Shown here in pieces: positions 50,866 through 61,780 of a stretch of DNA of 64,000 nt. A model generated the notes under the pieces. The model did not search any database. It was not told where the DNA came from and was given only the letters and a program-made list of their open reading frames with translations. This DNA comes from Thermocrinis sp. (GTDB lineage: Bacteria; Aquificota; Aquificia; Aquificales; Aquificaceae). Where the stretch lies: contig JAJHRQ010000002.1 of assembly GCA_020833645.1 (NCBI GenBank), positions 18,280 to 82,279 of the forward strand, read 5' to 3'. Both the position numbers and the translations under genes were made by a program. Each line of letters opens with the position of its first letter. Position 1 is the first letter of the stretch.

Positions 50866-51542
50866 AGAAGTCCGTTGCTTCTGAGTGAGAAAAAGTCCTT
50901 TTGGTTAATGATAATGTGGTCTAAAAGTTCAAAACCCAACAGCTCGCAGGCTTGCTTTAATCTTTTGGTGAATTCTATGTCTTCCTTTGATGGTCTTGCG
51001 TCTCCCTTGGGATGGTTGTGTAAAACGATCAGGGAACTGCATGCCTTTTTTACCGCGGTGTAGAGTATGTCCTTTGGTTCTGCGTAAAGGGAGTTCATTT
51101 TACCTATGGCAACCACTTCGTAATCTATCACCTTATTGGTTGGTGTAAGATAAAGGGCAATGAGATGTTCTCTCCTTTCGTCAAAGAGTACCTTTTTTCT
51201 AACAAAATCGTAGGCGTCTTGCGGGTTGGAGATTTTAAAGTCTCCATAAGGGTCGTTTATCCTTTTAGCAAGTTCTATAACTGCTTTGAGTTGGCAGGCT
51301 TTAGCAAAGCCCAAACCTTTGATCTTCTTAGTTAGTTCCTCCACATTCATAGACATCAGTGTTTCCCATCCTAAGCTAACTACCTTGCTTGCCAAGCTTA
51401 TAACATCCTCTTCCTTGGTGCCAGAGCCAAAGATAACTGCCAAAAGCTCCTCATCCGATAAGGCGGACGCACCAAACTTGGAAAGCTTTTCCCGAGGGCG
51501 CAGGTCCTTGGGTAGTTCCCTTATGGACTTCTTTGGATACAT
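50862..51542 (-). CDS. radC: RadC-family JAB-domain protein.
   Basis: JAMM motif [22 protein letters not shown]; N-terminal HhH region. Confidence 0.75.
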   Translation of the reverse strand: MYPKKSIRELPKDLRPREKLSKFGASALSDEELLAVIFGSGTKEEDVISLASKVVSLGWETLMSMNVEELTKKIKGLGFAKACQLKAVIELAKRINDPYGDFKISNPQDAYDFVRKKVLFDERREHLIALYLTPTNKVIDYEVVAIGKMNSLYAEPKDILYTAVKKACSSLIVLHNHPKGDARPSKEDIEFTKRLKQACELLGFELLDHIIINQKDFFSLRSNGLL

Positions 51543-51799
51543 CAGGAACCCAGCATAAAATCTAAGATGGACGCCTCTATCTGCACTTCCCAGTCCTGAA
51601 AGCTTTGATCTTTATTGCTTATTTGCAGGTACCCATCCCTTTCCAGATAGAGGATCAGCTTGGCTAAGTTGGCAAGACCGCAAAGCCTGGCGGACTGAAG
51701 ATTTGTGAGCTTTACCTTTGGAAAGGGCGTTTCTGCCTCCTTGTAAATCCTCAAAAGTTCATCCCTCAGATGGTAATACAGGTTTTCCAAATCACACAT
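51542..51799 (-). CDS. Hypothetical protein (85 aa).
   Basis: ORF overlaps radC and murE ends by a few nt, suggesting an operon. No motif recognised. Confidence 0.3.
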   Translation of the reverse strand: MCDLENLYYHLRDELLRIYKEAETPFPKVKLTNLQSARLCGLANLAKLILYLERDGYLQISNKDQSFQDWEVQIEASILDFMLGS

Positions 51800-53174
51800 C
51801 CAATACCTCCTTTACAACATCTTGGTCTTTAAAGGGATATTTTACTCCTTTTATTTCTTGGTAGTCTTCATGTCCTTTTCCTGCTATAAGGATTACATCT
51901 CCCTCTTTGGCGTTCTGCAAGGCGAACTTTATTGCTTCCTTTCTGTCCTTTTGCACAAAGACCTTTTGCTTCTGCCCTATACCTTTCAAAATGTCCTCTA
52001 TTATAGCTTCGGGTTCTTCCCACCTGGGGTTGTCGGAGGTTATAACCACAAAGTCTGCCCACTTTTCCGCAACCCTTCCCATTAAGGGTCTTTTGGTCTT
52101 GTCCCTGTTGCCACCGGCACCAAAGACCACCCACAACTTGCCCTTTGTCAGTCTCCTGGCGGTGATCAAAACCTTCTCCAAGGCATCTGGCGTGTGGGCA
52201 TAATCTACTATTGCCAACTTTCCTTCCTTGAAAAAGGTCTCAAACCTACCGGGAACGATTACCCTTTCTACACCCTGTTGTATTGTCTCCGCATCCAAAC
52301 CAAAGAGAAAGCCCACAAGGATGCCCAAACTGAGGTTGTAAGCCTGAAATTCACCCCTTAGGTTGGAGAAAAATTTGTAAGTCCTGCCTTTCCACTCAAG
52401 AGTAAGCTTGCTACCCTCAATAGATGTCTCAAAGTTTATTATTTTGAGGTTTCCTTCCCTTCCGTAAGTTATAGCTTTTCCTTTAAGCTCCTCCAAGATT
52501 CGCCTACCGTATTCATCGTCTATGTTTATTAAAGAATACTCCTGCGGATACTCCACAAAGAGCCTCAACTTTGCCCGAAAGTAGTTTTCCATAGAGCCAT
52601 GATAGTCCAGATGATCCTGAGAGAGATTTGTAAAGGCGGTTATAAAAAACTTTGTGCCCCAGACACGCCTTTGGTCTAAGGCATGGGAAGAAACCTCACA
52701 GGCTACCGCCTCTGCCCCATCCTCCAGCATCTGCTTTAAGGTCCGGTGCCACTGGATAGGGTCCGGCGTCGTTCTTCCTTCGTACTCGTATATTTTGTCT
52801 TTGAAGCGGTAGTATATGGTGCCTATAAGACCGGTGGGAATACCTCCTGCGTTGAGAACAGCTTCCACTATATGGCTACTTGTGGTCTTTCCGTTGGTGC
52901 CCGTTATACCCACTACCTTTAGCCTTTCGGAGGGTCTGCCAAAGAACTCATTGGCCAACTCTCCAAGAAGTTTTCTGGTATCTTCAACCTTGATGATCCT
53001 TTTGTCTTTTATTCCTACATCCCTCTCCACAAATACCAAACTGGCACCTCTACTTAGGGCTTCTTGAACAAAGTTGTGCCCATCTGTGGAGGAACCCTTT
53101 ATGGCTACAAAGACCCAACCTTCCTGAACTTCCTTTGAATTTTGGGTGATGCCCTTTATCTTGGAAAGCTCCAC
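51792..53174 (-). CDS. murE: UDP-N-acetylmuramoyl-L-alanyl-D-glutamate--2,6-diaminopimelate ligase
   Basis: P-loop GITGTNGKTTSS; Mur ligase layout; 460 aa. Confidence 0.85.
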   Translation of the reverse strand: MELSKIKGITQNSKEVQEGWVFVAIKGSSTDGHNFVQEALSRGASLVFVERDVGIKDKRIIKVEDTRKLLGELANEFFGRPSERLKVVGITGTNGKTTSSHIVEAVLNAGGIPTGLIGTIYYRFKDKIYEYEGRTTPDPIQWHRTLKQMLEDGAEAVACEVSSHALDQRRVWGTKFFITAFTNLSQDHLDYHGSMENYFRAKLRLFVEYPQEYSLINIDDEYGRRILEELKGKAITYGREGNLKIINFETSIEGSKLTLEWKGRTYKFFSNLRGEFQAYNLSLGILVGFLFGLDAETIQQGVERVIVPGRFETFFKEGKLAIVDYAHTPDALEKVLITARRLTKGKLWVVFGAGGNRDKTKRPLMGRVAEKWADFVVITSDNPRWEEPEAIIEDILKGIGQKQKVFVQKDRKEAIKFALQNAKEGDVILIAGKGHEDYQEIKGVKYPFKDQDVVKEVLDV

Positions 53175-53211
53175 CTTAGACTATTTTAACTCAGAGAGGT
53201 ATACTTCCGCC

Positions 53212-53402
53212 GAGGATGTCAACTCTTTAGGTTAATAATCGTATAAATGACGATAAAGGAGGCTAACCATCTATAGACGGTTTCATGCTTAGCATTCCAA
53301 GGAAGCCTCATCCCTCTTCCCAAAAGTCTCATGTATCCATTTCATCGTAAACTCTTTGACCACACTCACATACCGCGGTCCCTTGTCAGTGGTGTATCCC
53401 GC
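53212..53402 (-). mobile_element. IS6-family-like element, copy C (right-end fragment only, ~190 bp).
   Basis: TIR gaggatgtcaactctttagg plus ORF 53289..53471 (TDKGPRYVSVVKEFTMKWIHETFGKRDEASLEC) matching the copy A/B transposase C-terminus. Homology ends ~53402, just upstream of uppS. Confidence 0.6.
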
Positions 53403-53439
53403 TGTCTGAAAAAGAACAGTTTGTTTATAATTATGAACA

Positions 53440-54126
53440 ATGTTGAGAATACCTAAGCACATAGCGATCATAATGGACGGTAATGGGAGGTGGGCAAAGG
53501 AAAGAGGTCTACCAAGGATAGCAGGGCATTATGAGGGAGTAAAAAGGGCAGAAGAGGTGGTCTACGCGTGTCAGGAGTTAGGCGTGGAGTTTTTGACACT
53601 ATACACCTTTTCCACAGAAAACTGGAAAAGACCTAAGGAGGAAATAAAAGCCCTCTTTGAGCTCTTTGAGAACTATTTAACCAAAAAAGTTCCAGATTTA
53701 AAGAAGAGAGGCATAAGGCTGAAGTTTATAGGAAGGAGAGACAGGCTTCCTAAAAGCACCCTAAAGGTTATGAATTATGCGGAAGAGGAGACAAAGGACC
53801 GTACATCCCTTACGGTTATCTTGGCGGTAGATTACGGAGGTAGGGATGAGATAATTAGGGCAATAAACAAACTGTTAAACTCTGGCATAAAGAATATAAC
53901 TGAAGAACAATTTGCCCAATTTCTAGACCTTGTGGGCATCCCAGAACCTGATTTGCTTATCAGAACCGCCGGAGAAGAGAGAGTCTCTAACTTTCTACTT
54001 TGGCATATAGCCTATACTGAATTTTACTTTTCACCGGTTTATTGGCCCGATTTTACAAAGGAAGAACTCATAAAAGCCTTAGAAGACTTTTCCTGCAGGG
54101 AGAGAAAATTCGGTGCGGTTCTCTAA
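53440..54126 (+). CDS. uppS: Undecaprenyl diphosphate synthase
   Basis: HIAIIMDGNGRWA and FSTENWKRP motifs. Confidence 0.85.
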   Translation: MLRIPKHIAIIMDGNGRWAKERGLPRIAGHYEGVKRAEEVVYACQELGVEFLTLYTFSTENWKRPKEEIKALFELFENYLTKKVPDLKKRGIRLKFIGRRDRLPKSTLKVMNYAEEETKDRTSLTVILAVDYGGRDEIIRAINKLLNSGIKNITEEQFAQFLDLVGIPEPDLLIRTAGEERVSNFLLWHIAYTEFYFSPVYWPDFTKEELIKALEDFSCRERKFGAVL

Positions 54127-54814
54127 GGGGAGAGAAGGTGTAGGTCTTCTCATAGGTGTAGCAACTCTTTTGTCTGCTTTTCTTCCAAATTCTATGTTTT
54201 TACTCCTGCTGTGCCTTCTGTCTTTCGGTATGGCAAGGGAATTGGGAAAGGCTTTGGGAGTTTCCGAGATTTCCTATCTTGCTCCCTTAGTTCTTGTGTT
54301 AGCTGTCTTGGGCGTTGAGCTTGGAATTGCTGGAGTTTTGATGCTTGCTTTTTTATTTGCATACCTTCGGTGGTCCTTAGACTGTCTTTTGAAGGCGGTG
54401 TTTGTACTTATTTACGCTGGTTTTTTACCGATATATTTGTATATGGTCAAGAGCCAAGGTTCATGGGAGCTTATTAAGTTGGTCTTTTTTGCATACACGG
54501 TGGATACTGCCTCTTATTATGCGGGCAAGCTTTTCGGTAAAAGACCTTTGGCGGTTAGGTTATCTCCTAAAAAGACCTGGGAGGGCTTGGCGGGGGGTAT
54601 GCTTGGTGGTGCGCTCTTTTTTTACCTTATTAATAAACCCATCCTTCTGGCAGTGCCTTTTGTTCTGATCGCCTTAGTGGGGGACCTCTTCAAAAGCTTT
54701 ATTAAAAGACAAGTGGGAATTAAGGACTTTTCTAATCTACTGGGAGAACATGGCGGTTTAGTAGATAGGTTTGATTCGGTGCTCTCTGTTGCAATTTTTT
54801 GGAAATTCCTATAA
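54113..54814 (+). CDS. cdsA: Phosphatidate cytidylyltransferase
   Basis: C-terminal signature KRQVGIKDFSNLLGEHGGLVDRFDS; multi-TM. Confidence 0.8.
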   Translation: MRFSKGREGVGLLIGVATLLSAFLPNSMFLLLLCLLSFGMARELGKALGVSEISYLAPLVLVLAVLGVELGIAGVLMLAFLFAYLRWSLDCLLKAVFVLIYAGFLPIYLYMVKSQGSWELIKLVFFAYTVDTASYYAGKLFGKRPLAVRLSPKKTWEGLAGGMLGGALFFYLINKPILLAVPFVLIALVGDLFKSFIKRQVGIKDFSNLLGEHGGLVDRFDSVLSVAIFWKFL

Positions 54815-54835
54815 TATTAAACAGGAGGGGTTGAA

Positions 54836-56581
54836 ATGAAAAAATTGTTGTTAATTATTTTATGTGCGCTTGTAAATCTTGCCTATGCCACTACACTTCG
54901 AGAGATGAAGTTTGAAAACACTAAGCTTGAGACTGTTCTTAAAGCTCTGTCTCAGGTGGCAGAGTTAAATGTGATCTTTGACCCTAATGTAAGCGCAGAC
55001 CTACAAAAACCTGTTAGCGTATCTGTTTATAAGCCTATGCCTATTAGGGAAGCCATTAACCTTATTCTCAAAGAGTATGGCCTTATAGCGGTTCCTGTGG
55101 ATACTAAGGTTTATAGGATCACAAAGGCTGGAGAACTGACCATCAATGTGGGAGCCCTTGGAGAGGACCAGGTTAGAAAAATAGTAGGTTTTCTAAAGGA
55201 GAGGGTAAGTCCATCTGCGGAGATCGTAATAGATAGGACCCTTGGGACTATTTACATAAGAGACGAGGAGGCAAGGATTAAAAGGTTGGAGCCAGCTCTA
55301 AAGGATTTTCAAAAAGTGGTCGGAAAGATAGCCCCCACAGAAGAGAGAATAACAAGGGTCTTTTATCTGAAAAATATAGACGTGGAAGAAGCGTACGGGT
55401 TGATTTTGCCGAAAACTAAAAAGGACACAGTTATAAACAAGGTGCCAACCTTTAACGCCTTGGTGATAACCGATACATCTTCTCAGATTGAAGAATACAC
55501 TAAAACACTTCAAAGTTTCCTAGCTGAAACTCCAAGGGAAAGAAGGCCAATAACTAAAATCTTCTACCTTAAATACATATCTCCCGAAGAGTTTATAAAG
55601 ATGATAGAGCCTCTCAGGTCTGAAGCTGGTGTAATATTGAGTGGGGGAGGGTTTAAAGTGGAGACTACACCCCAGCAGTCCCAACCAACGGCAGGACAAC
55701 AGACACAAACTCAGGTGCAAACAGCACCCACCCCAATCTTAAAAGAATTTAACGCAGTAATGATCACAGATTACCCAGAGGTAATAGAAAACATAATGGA
55801 TAGGTTCAAAGAATACATAAGTGAGGAGCCTGTAAGAATTAGAATTGAGGCGAGGATAACAGAAGTAAGCGAGGAAGCCCTTAGGGAGCTAGGAATAAAT
55901 TGGAGTGCTTTGTTTTCTAATGCACGGGTTCCACAAGCTTGGTCTGGTGGGGTCGGTTCAAACTTAGGATTAGACCCAACATTGAACCCGTTCTCTCCAC
56001 CACTATCTAATCCCGGTCTTTCTCCTACGCCGGGCGGAATAGCCATATTTACTTACCAAAAAGGTGTGCTAAACGCCTTAAATTTAAGGATATCCGCCTT
56101 AGAGAGAATAGGTTCTGTAAAAAACATCGCAAAGCCCTCCGTTTTAACCATTAACGGACAGAAGGCTACTATAAAGCAAGGCATCCAGGTGCCTTATCAA
56201 ACTGCAGCGGTGGGTGCGGGTGGAACTGCTGTTCCAAACATTCAATTTAAAGACGTAGTATTACAGCTTGATGTAACTCCTATAGTCTCTCCAGATGGAA
56301 GGATTATGATGGAAATTGAGCTAAAGAGAGACACCATTGGCATACAAACTCCTGTTGGACCCGCCATAAACACAAAGGAGGTTAAAACTAAAGTTATCGT
56401 GGAAGACGGGCAAACTATCGTTATAGGTGGAGTTATAGATGACCAGAGCAACACGACCAACGAGGGAATTCCCGGCTTGGTTAGAGTGCCCCTTCTTAAA
56501 TATCTCTTCGGACAAGAGAGGGTAAATACTCGGAACAGCGAACTGCTCATATTCATAACTCCATTGATTGTGAGGCAATGA
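54836..56581 (+). CDS. pilQ: Secretin (type IV pilus PilQ / type II secretion GspD family).
   Basis: Signal peptide; secretin C-terminal domain (VPLLKYLFGQERVNTRNSELLIFITPLIV). Confidence 0.7.
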   Translation: MKKLLLIILCALVNLAYATTLREMKFENTKLETVLKALSQVAELNVIFDPNVSADLQKPVSVSVYKPMPIREAINLILKEYGLIAVPVDTKVYRITKAGELTINVGALGEDQVRKIVGFLKERVSPSAEIVIDRTLGTIYIRDEEARIKRLEPALKDFQKVVGKIAPTEERITRVFYLKNIDVEEAYGLILPKTKKDTVINKVPTFNALVITDTSSQIEEYTKTLQSFLAETPRERRPITKIFYLKYISPEEFIKMIEPLRSEAGVILSGGGFKVETTPQQSQPTAGQQTQTQVQTAPTPILKEFNAVMITDYPEVIENIMDRFKEYISEEPVRIRIEARITEVSEEALRELGINWSALFSNARVPQAWSGGVGSNLGLDPTLNPFSPPLSNPGLSPTPGGIAIFTYQKGVLNALNLRISALERIGSVKNIAKPSVLTINGQKATIKQGIQVPYQTAAVGAGGTAVPNIQFKDVVLQLDVTPIVSPDGRIMMEIELKRDTIGIQTPVGPAINTKEVKTKVIVEDGQTIVIGGVIDDQSNTTNEGIPGLVRVPLLKYLFGQERVNTRNSELLIFITPLIVRQ

Positions 56582-57198
56582 GGGCTAAGTTCAGACTTTT
56601 AGATGTTAAGGATATAGAGAAGCTAATCTACAAGCTTTCTGAGGTCGGTGTAAGCGTGGCTGATATATACCGCCAGCTTGCGGAGGGGAAAGAAAAGAAT
56701 ATAGAGTTCTACGTAGAAAAAGACAAGGTTCAAGCGGTAAGCACTGCTATAAAGGAGTTCTGCCAATTTGAAGTTGTTTATGAGGTGCAAGAGAACAAAT
56801 GGATTCCGTTCCTTTTGCTTGGAACTCTTTGGCTAGACAGCGTCCTTCTTTATGTTTTCTTAAAGCTTTCTTTTCTCTCTGAAGATTTCAACTACTTTTT
56901 AAGCCAAATCTTTGGCTCAAACAAACTGGTGGCTTTTGTGAAGGGTTTGGTTAGCTTTTTGGCTATCTTAGTTTATTATTTGGGATTTATTTTTGCCAGA
57001 GGGACCACACCAGTAGGTAAGTTCTTTGGTTTGAAGATTGAAAAGGATCATATTTACGCGGTGGTCCTCTTTAGCTTACCTTTGATCGCTTTTTACCTTC
57101 TTCAGTTTAATCAAACCTTTATAAGAATTTTGGGACTCTTTGCCTTAAGCATATGTGTGGTAATGCCCTTCTACCTAAAGGACTCCGTTAGAGGTTAA
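56578..57198 (+). CDS. RDD-family membrane protein.
   Basis: GTTPVGKFFGLKI resembles the RDD-family GQT.GK...G.R motif between TM helices. Confidence 0.4.
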   Translation: MRAKFRLLDVKDIEKLIYKLSEVGVSVADIYRQLAEGKEKNIEFYVEKDKVQAVSTAIKEFCQFEVVYEVQENKWIPFLLLGTLWLDSVLLYVFLKLSFLSEDFNYFLSQIFGSNKLVAFVKGLVSFLAILVYYLGFIFARGTTPVGKFFGLKIEKDHIYAVVLFSLPLIAFYLLQFNQTFIRILGLFALSICVVMPFYLKDSVRG

Positions 57199-57210
57199 AA
57201 TTTCGTTGCT

Positions 57211-58470
57211 ATGGTTGTACTGCTTATTTTGCTTACTTTTCTTAACCTTTCCCTTGCCAAAGTCTACTATGCCAGGTGGGAGGATGCGGTAAGCCCTATA
57301 ATGGTGGAATACATAAAGAGGAGCTTAGCAAAGGCGGAAAAGGAAGGAGCTGGTGTTTTTATCCTTGAACTGAACACACCTGGCGGTTTGGAAACCTCCA
57401 TGAGGCAGGTAGTTCAGGAATTTCAAAGAACTCCTACTCCCATTGTGGTCTATGTGTATCCGCCCGGAGGAAGGGCAGCCTCTGCGGGTGCTATAATCAC
57501 TGCGTCCGCGGACATTGCGGTGATGGCTCCAGGCACCAACATAGGTGCGGCGCACCCAGTTCCAGCCACCGGGGAGAGGATGGATGAGACTATGAAAGAG
57601 AAGGTTGTGCAAGATATGCTCGCCTTTGTTAGGTCAATAGCAAGGGAGAAGGGTAGAAATCCAAGCGTTCTTGAAAAGATGGTAAGGGAAAGCATATCCT
57701 TAACACCCGACGAAGCCCTGAAAGAGGGCGTAATAGACCTTATCGCAAGTAATAGACAAGAACTTTTAGAAAAGCTAAACGGTAGAAAGGTAAAGAAACA
57801 CGGAAAAGAAATAACCATAAAAACTCTGGGTGTGCCTGTGGTTGAGGTGGAGGAGAGCTTGAGAGAATCCTTTCTGAAGGTTATCACCAATCCTACCGTA
57901 GCCTACATGCTACTGCTTATAGGTTTTTATGGCATATTCTTTGAGCTTTACAATCCGGGTGCGGTGGTACCCGGGGCGGTGGGTGTTGTTAGCTTACTGC
58001 TGGGTCTCTACGGTCTTGGAATCATAGGTATAAACTGGTTGGGACTTTTACTGATCTTGGCGGGTATCTTGCTCTTGGCTTTGGAGCTGGTTACGCCAAC
58101 CTTTGGTGGATCGGCAATAGCGGGTGCTATTGCCTTAGCCATAGGCTCCTTGGTGCTCATAAGCCCAGACTCTCCTTACGGAGATATACCCATATCCGTA
58201 ATAGCCACTATGGTGCTTACCACTGTTTTATTCTTCTTAGTGGCAGGCAGGCTTGGTCTAAAAGCCCAAAAGAGAAAGAAGATGACCGGTTATGAGGAAC
58301 TGATAGGAGAAGAGGGGGTAGCCATGGTGGATTTTGAAAAAGGTAAAGGTAAGGTTTTTATAAAGGGAGAAATATGGAACGCAGTAAGTGAGGATGATAT
58401 TAAGAAGGATGATACTGTGATCGTGGAACAAGTGAAGGGGCTTACCCTGTATGTTAAAAAGGCTAAGTAG
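57211..58470 (+). CDS. NfeD-family membrane-bound ClpP-class serine protease.
   Basis: Signal peptide; ClpP-like domain (ILELNTPGGLETSMRQ...ASAGAIITASADIAVMAPGTNIGAAHPV); multi-TM middle; C-terminal OB-fold domain. Confidence 0.7.
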   Translation: MVVLLILLTFLNLSLAKVYYARWEDAVSPIMVEYIKRSLAKAEKEGAGVFILELNTPGGLETSMRQVVQEFQRTPTPIVVYVYPPGGRAASAGAIITASADIAVMAPGTNIGAAHPVPATGERMDETMKEKVVQDMLAFVRSIAREKGRNPSVLEKMVRESISLTPDEALKEGVIDLIASNRQELLEKLNGRKVKKHGKEITIKTLGVPVVEVEESLRESFLKVITNPTVAYMLLLIGFYGIFFELYNPGAVVPGAVGVVSLLLGLYGLGIIGINWLGLLLILAGILLLALELVTPTFGGSAIAGAIALAIGSLVLISPDSPYGDIPISVIATMVLTTVLFFLVAGRLGLKAQKRKKMTGYEELIGEEGVAMVDFEKGKGKVFIKGEIWNAVSEDDIKKDDTVIVEQVKGLTLYVKKAK

Positions 58471-58846
58471 CTTCCTCTGACTCTTTTTCTGCAAATCTAT
58501 GATGGCAAAATGGACACACCAGAGCCTTTCTATGCACTTTTGAATAGCACACTGAACATCTCTTTTTGCCTTTTAAAAACAAAAACAGATTTATATGAAA
58601 AATTTGCTTTATCAGGAAGTAAGCTACTAAAAAGCCGAAGATTATAGTCCAACCTTTTAAGGGAGTAATCGGTTCAAAACTTTTGACCCAAAAGTATGTG
58701 GTAGCTATGGACGCTATCCAAAAGGCGGGTTTTCTGTCCAAAAATACCTGAACGAGGATTTGAATTAGTGCCATATAAACAAAAAACTGAAAAAGTGGAT
58801 TGCGAAAAAGAGGCTCAAGAAAGTTTAATAGCTCCAAGCTTTCCAA
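58463..58846 (-). CDS. Hypothetical membrane protein with C-terminal zinc-ribbon (CxxC...CxxC). Possibly continuous with ORF 58815..59069 through a frameshift.
   Basis: Two TM segments then RCSVCYSKVHRKALVCPFCHHRF. Confidence 0.35.
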   Translation of the reverse strand: MESLELLNFLEPLFRNPLFQFFVYMALIQILVQVFLDRKPAFWIASIATTYFWVKSFEPITPLKGWTIIFGFLVAYFLIKQIFHINLFLFLKGKKRCSVCYSKVHRKALVCPFCHHRFAEKESEEAT

Positions 58847-59081
58847 ACCCCCTCAGGAAGGTATTCAGTAAAAAGCCAAGAAGAAAGTCACCCATTAAAG
58901 GGATAGTTTTGATCAAACTTCCTTCCATAAGGAACACAGCCATTATTATAGCGAAAATGAAAACCCTCAACGGATAAGTAAAAAGTGCTAAAGATATACC
59001 TTTTTTAAAAAGTCTATAAAGTACCTCCACATAGAGGACACCCAGACCAGCCCCCCACAAAGAATTCAAGCATTCAAGCCT

Positions 59082-59405
59082 TTAAAAGCCAAAGGTGGTT
59101 GGTATGTCCAAGTTGACGTCTCTTACTTCTTTTATCTCGGGGAATCTACTCTTTAGAGCCCTTTCAATGCCTGCCTTTAGGGTAAGCACAGACATTCCAC
59201 AGCCTGAACACGCCCCTATCATTCTAACCAAAACTACGCCATCTTCCTGCACATCCACAAGCTCTACATCTCCACCATCAAACCTGAGGGCTGGCCTGAT
59301 CTCATCCAAAACTGCCTCTATCTCTTCCCTTGTTGGCATAGCCATGTTTAACCTCCTTAAAAAAATATAATCAACCCAAAGCTTATCTTCAATAACAAAT
59401 ATCAT
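59082..59405 (-). CDS. NifU C-terminal domain (Nfu-type) Fe-S cluster scaffold protein.
   Basis: GGDVELVDV ... GACSGCG CxxC motif. Confidence 0.7.
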   Translation of the reverse strand: MIFVIEDKLWVDYIFLRRLNMAMPTREEIEAVLDEIRPALRFDGGDVELVDVQEDGVVLVRMIGACSGCGMSVLTLKAGIERALKSRFPEIKEVRDVNLDIPTTFGF

Positions 59406-60484
59406 ACTTTAGCAGTTCTTTCCAACCCAGGTGTGGAATACAACTCCTCCTTTATGGCGGATAAAACCATCTCAAGGGCATATCGATAATCTTGGGCTTT
59501 TATTTTGCAACCGCTTGCATACTTGTGTCCGCCTCCACCGAGCCTTTCTGCAATTTTTGCTACGTCTACCTTTCCTTTAGATCTAAGGGAAACTTTAAAA
59601 ACCCCTTCATCGGGTTTTTCTATTAGAGCAAAGGCAACTTCTACGCCCTCTATGGACCTCGGATAATTTACCAAACCCTCGCTGTCTGAGTATTCTGTAC
59701 CTGTTTCCTTAAAGAACCTATCAAGGATGACCACACCGGCAATAAGACCATCTTCGTAGCAAGTTAGAGTTTCAAGAACCTTGGAAATGAGCTTCATTTT
59801 ATTCAGAGATTCCCTTTCGCTAGACATCACATAAGTTTTGTAAGGGTCAGCCCCAAGCTGAACCAATTCCTTTGCCATCTCAAAGACTTCCGCGGTGGTG
59901 TTGGAGTATCTGAAAAAGCCCGTATCCGTCGCCAGACCGGAATACAAGCATTGGGCTATCTCTTGGTCTATGCAATCTCTGTCCCAACTCTTTAAGAGCC
60001 TGTATACTATGCTTGCGGTTGCCGGTTCAGAGTAATCTATGTAATCCCACTCCCCGTAAAATTCACCACCTATGTGGTGGTCTATGCGTGCCCTTTTAAT
60101 AGCCTTTACTTCCGCACCTATCCGGTAAAAACCGGAAGCGTCCACCACTATAGCAAGGTCATAAACCTCTTGGGTGGGAAGCTTTATCACCTCTTCCACA
60201 TGGGGAAGGAAGTCGAGAAAGTGGGGCACCTTGTCTTTACAACCCACGCTGACCCTTTTGCCCTTCTTTTTCAAAAATAGATACAGGGCAAGGGCTGAGC
60301 CAAGGGTGTCCGCATCAGGGCTTTCGTGGCTTGCTATGAGTATAGAACCTTTTTCTTCTTTTAGAAGTTCAATCAGTGGGATCGTCTCCACCTTCATAAT
60401 ACACCTCCAATTGTTATTTAAGTATAAACCGTTCAACCCCTTTTTACCCAGCCTATTGGTCCGTAATGGACTTCCATGGCGCAT
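59402..60484 (-). CDS. DHH/DHHA1-family phosphoesterase (NrnA-like).
   Basis: HESPDADTLGSALAL, VVDASG and DHH segments; DHHA1 GGGH near the C-terminus. True start probably the internal MKVETIPL. Confidence 0.7.
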   Translation of the reverse strand: MRHGSPLRTNRLGKKGLNGLYLNNNWRCIMKVETIPLIELLKEEKGSILIASHESPDADTLGSALALYLFLKKKGKRVSVGCKDKVPHFLDFLPHVEEVIKLPTQEVYDLAIVVDASGFYRIGAEVKAIKRARIDHHIGGEFYGEWDYIDYSEPATASIVYRLLKSWDRDCIDQEIAQCLYSGLATDTGFFRYSNTTAEVFEMAKELVQLGADPYKTYVMSSERESLNKMKLISKVLETLTCYEDGLIAGVVILDRFFKETGTEYSDSEGLVNYPRSIEGVEVAFALIEKPDEGVFKVSLRSKGKVDVAKIAERLGGGGHKYASGCKIKAQDYRYALEMVLSAIKEELYSTPGLERTAKV

Positions 60485-61780
60485 TGGACTATAGACTCAG
60501 AAAGGGAAGGATGGGAAAATGTTGAGCTGGCAAGGAAGTCTGTCCTAATATTTGCCTTCATAAGATGCACCACTTGGTGGATCAACTCTCCTGCGTGGGG
60601 ACCAACTATGTGGCACCCGAGTATATTTCCTGTCCGTCTGTCTGCAACAAGCCTGACAAAGCCCTCATCCTCTCCATCATCCATAGCCTTTGGGTTAGAC
60701 ATAAAGGAAACTACACCCACCGCACAGTCATAGCCTTCGTCTTCTGCCTGATCCTCTGTGAGCCCTACAGAGGCAACCTCGTAGGCGCTGTATATGATCT
60801 TGGGCATGAGTTTGTCGTTTCTGACATTCTCCCTCTCTCCGAGCATGTGGCTAACCGCTACTTTACCCTCATACATAGACTTGTGGGCAAGCATCAAGGG
60901 TGATGTAATATCCCCGGCAGTATTCATTGACCTTTACAAAGCCCCTGCTGTCCTTTTCCACACCAACTTCCTCCAAACCTATGCCCTCCGTATTTGGCTT
61001 TTTGCCAACTCCCACCAAGATACAATCTACCTCTACAACAGAACCATCCGAGATATTAACCTTTAATCTACCGTTTTCTTCGGAGTACCCGGTTACCTTA
61101 GCTTTCAGCCTAACATCCACTCCAAGCCTTTTTAGCTTCCTTGCAAGATATCTGGAGGATTCCTCGGGTATGTCTGGAGAGGGTAAGAGTCTGTCTAAAA
61201 GCTCCACTATAACCACATCCACACCGTACATTCTGAATATGTAGGCAAACTCCACACCCACCGCACCACCCCCCACTATCAGCATACGTCTTGGAAATTC
61301 TCTTAAGCTCCAAATTTGGTCCGTGTTGAAAATCTTTTTGCCGTCTGCGGGTAAATCCTTCAAGTCTGCACAGGATGAACCGGTAGCCAAAAGAATGTAG
61401 CGGGTCTTTAAGGTAATGTCTGAACCTTCCACGTAGACAGTGTTTTTGTCCTTGAGAATGCCCCTTCCGTAGAATATGGGAATGCCCAGCTTTTGGGCAA
61501 ACTTTTTGAGGTTCTCTCTTATGGTTAGCACCACTTGGTCTCTGCCCTCTGCCAACATCCGAAGGTCAAAGCTAATCCCTTCTACCTTTATGCCATAGTT
61601 CTGTGCCTTTGATAACTTTTCCAATAGGTAAGCGCCGTGTCTCTCTGTTTAGACAAGAGCCTCCTACTGTCTCTGGAGAAAGTTCCACAAAGGCAACCTT
61701 CATGCCACGGCGGTAGGTGTAAAGTCCCGCCTCGTAACCACCACTACCTGCACCCACTATAACTAAGTCAAACTACATCC
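60433..61780 (-). pseudogene. Dihydrolipoamide dehydrogenase-like FAD/NAD disulfide oxidoreductase, split into three frames with an ATG-TAG at the start.
   Basis: Piece 1: FDLVIVGAGSGGYEAG...GGSCLNR, then frame loss before the redox-active CxxxxC. Piece 2: NAD-binding MLIVGGGAVGVEFA. Piece 3: TAGDITSPLMLAH plus interface-domain HPSLSE. The predicted ATG is immediately followed by TAG. Confidence 0.55.

Noticed and set aside
58815-59069. Separate 84-aa membrane ORF overlapping the 5' end of 58463..58846.
   Set aside because: A 30-nt overlap in a different frame with the downstream zinc-ribbon membrane ORF. More likely one gene with a frameshift (or an alternative start) than two genes. Reported under the 58463..58846 entry.
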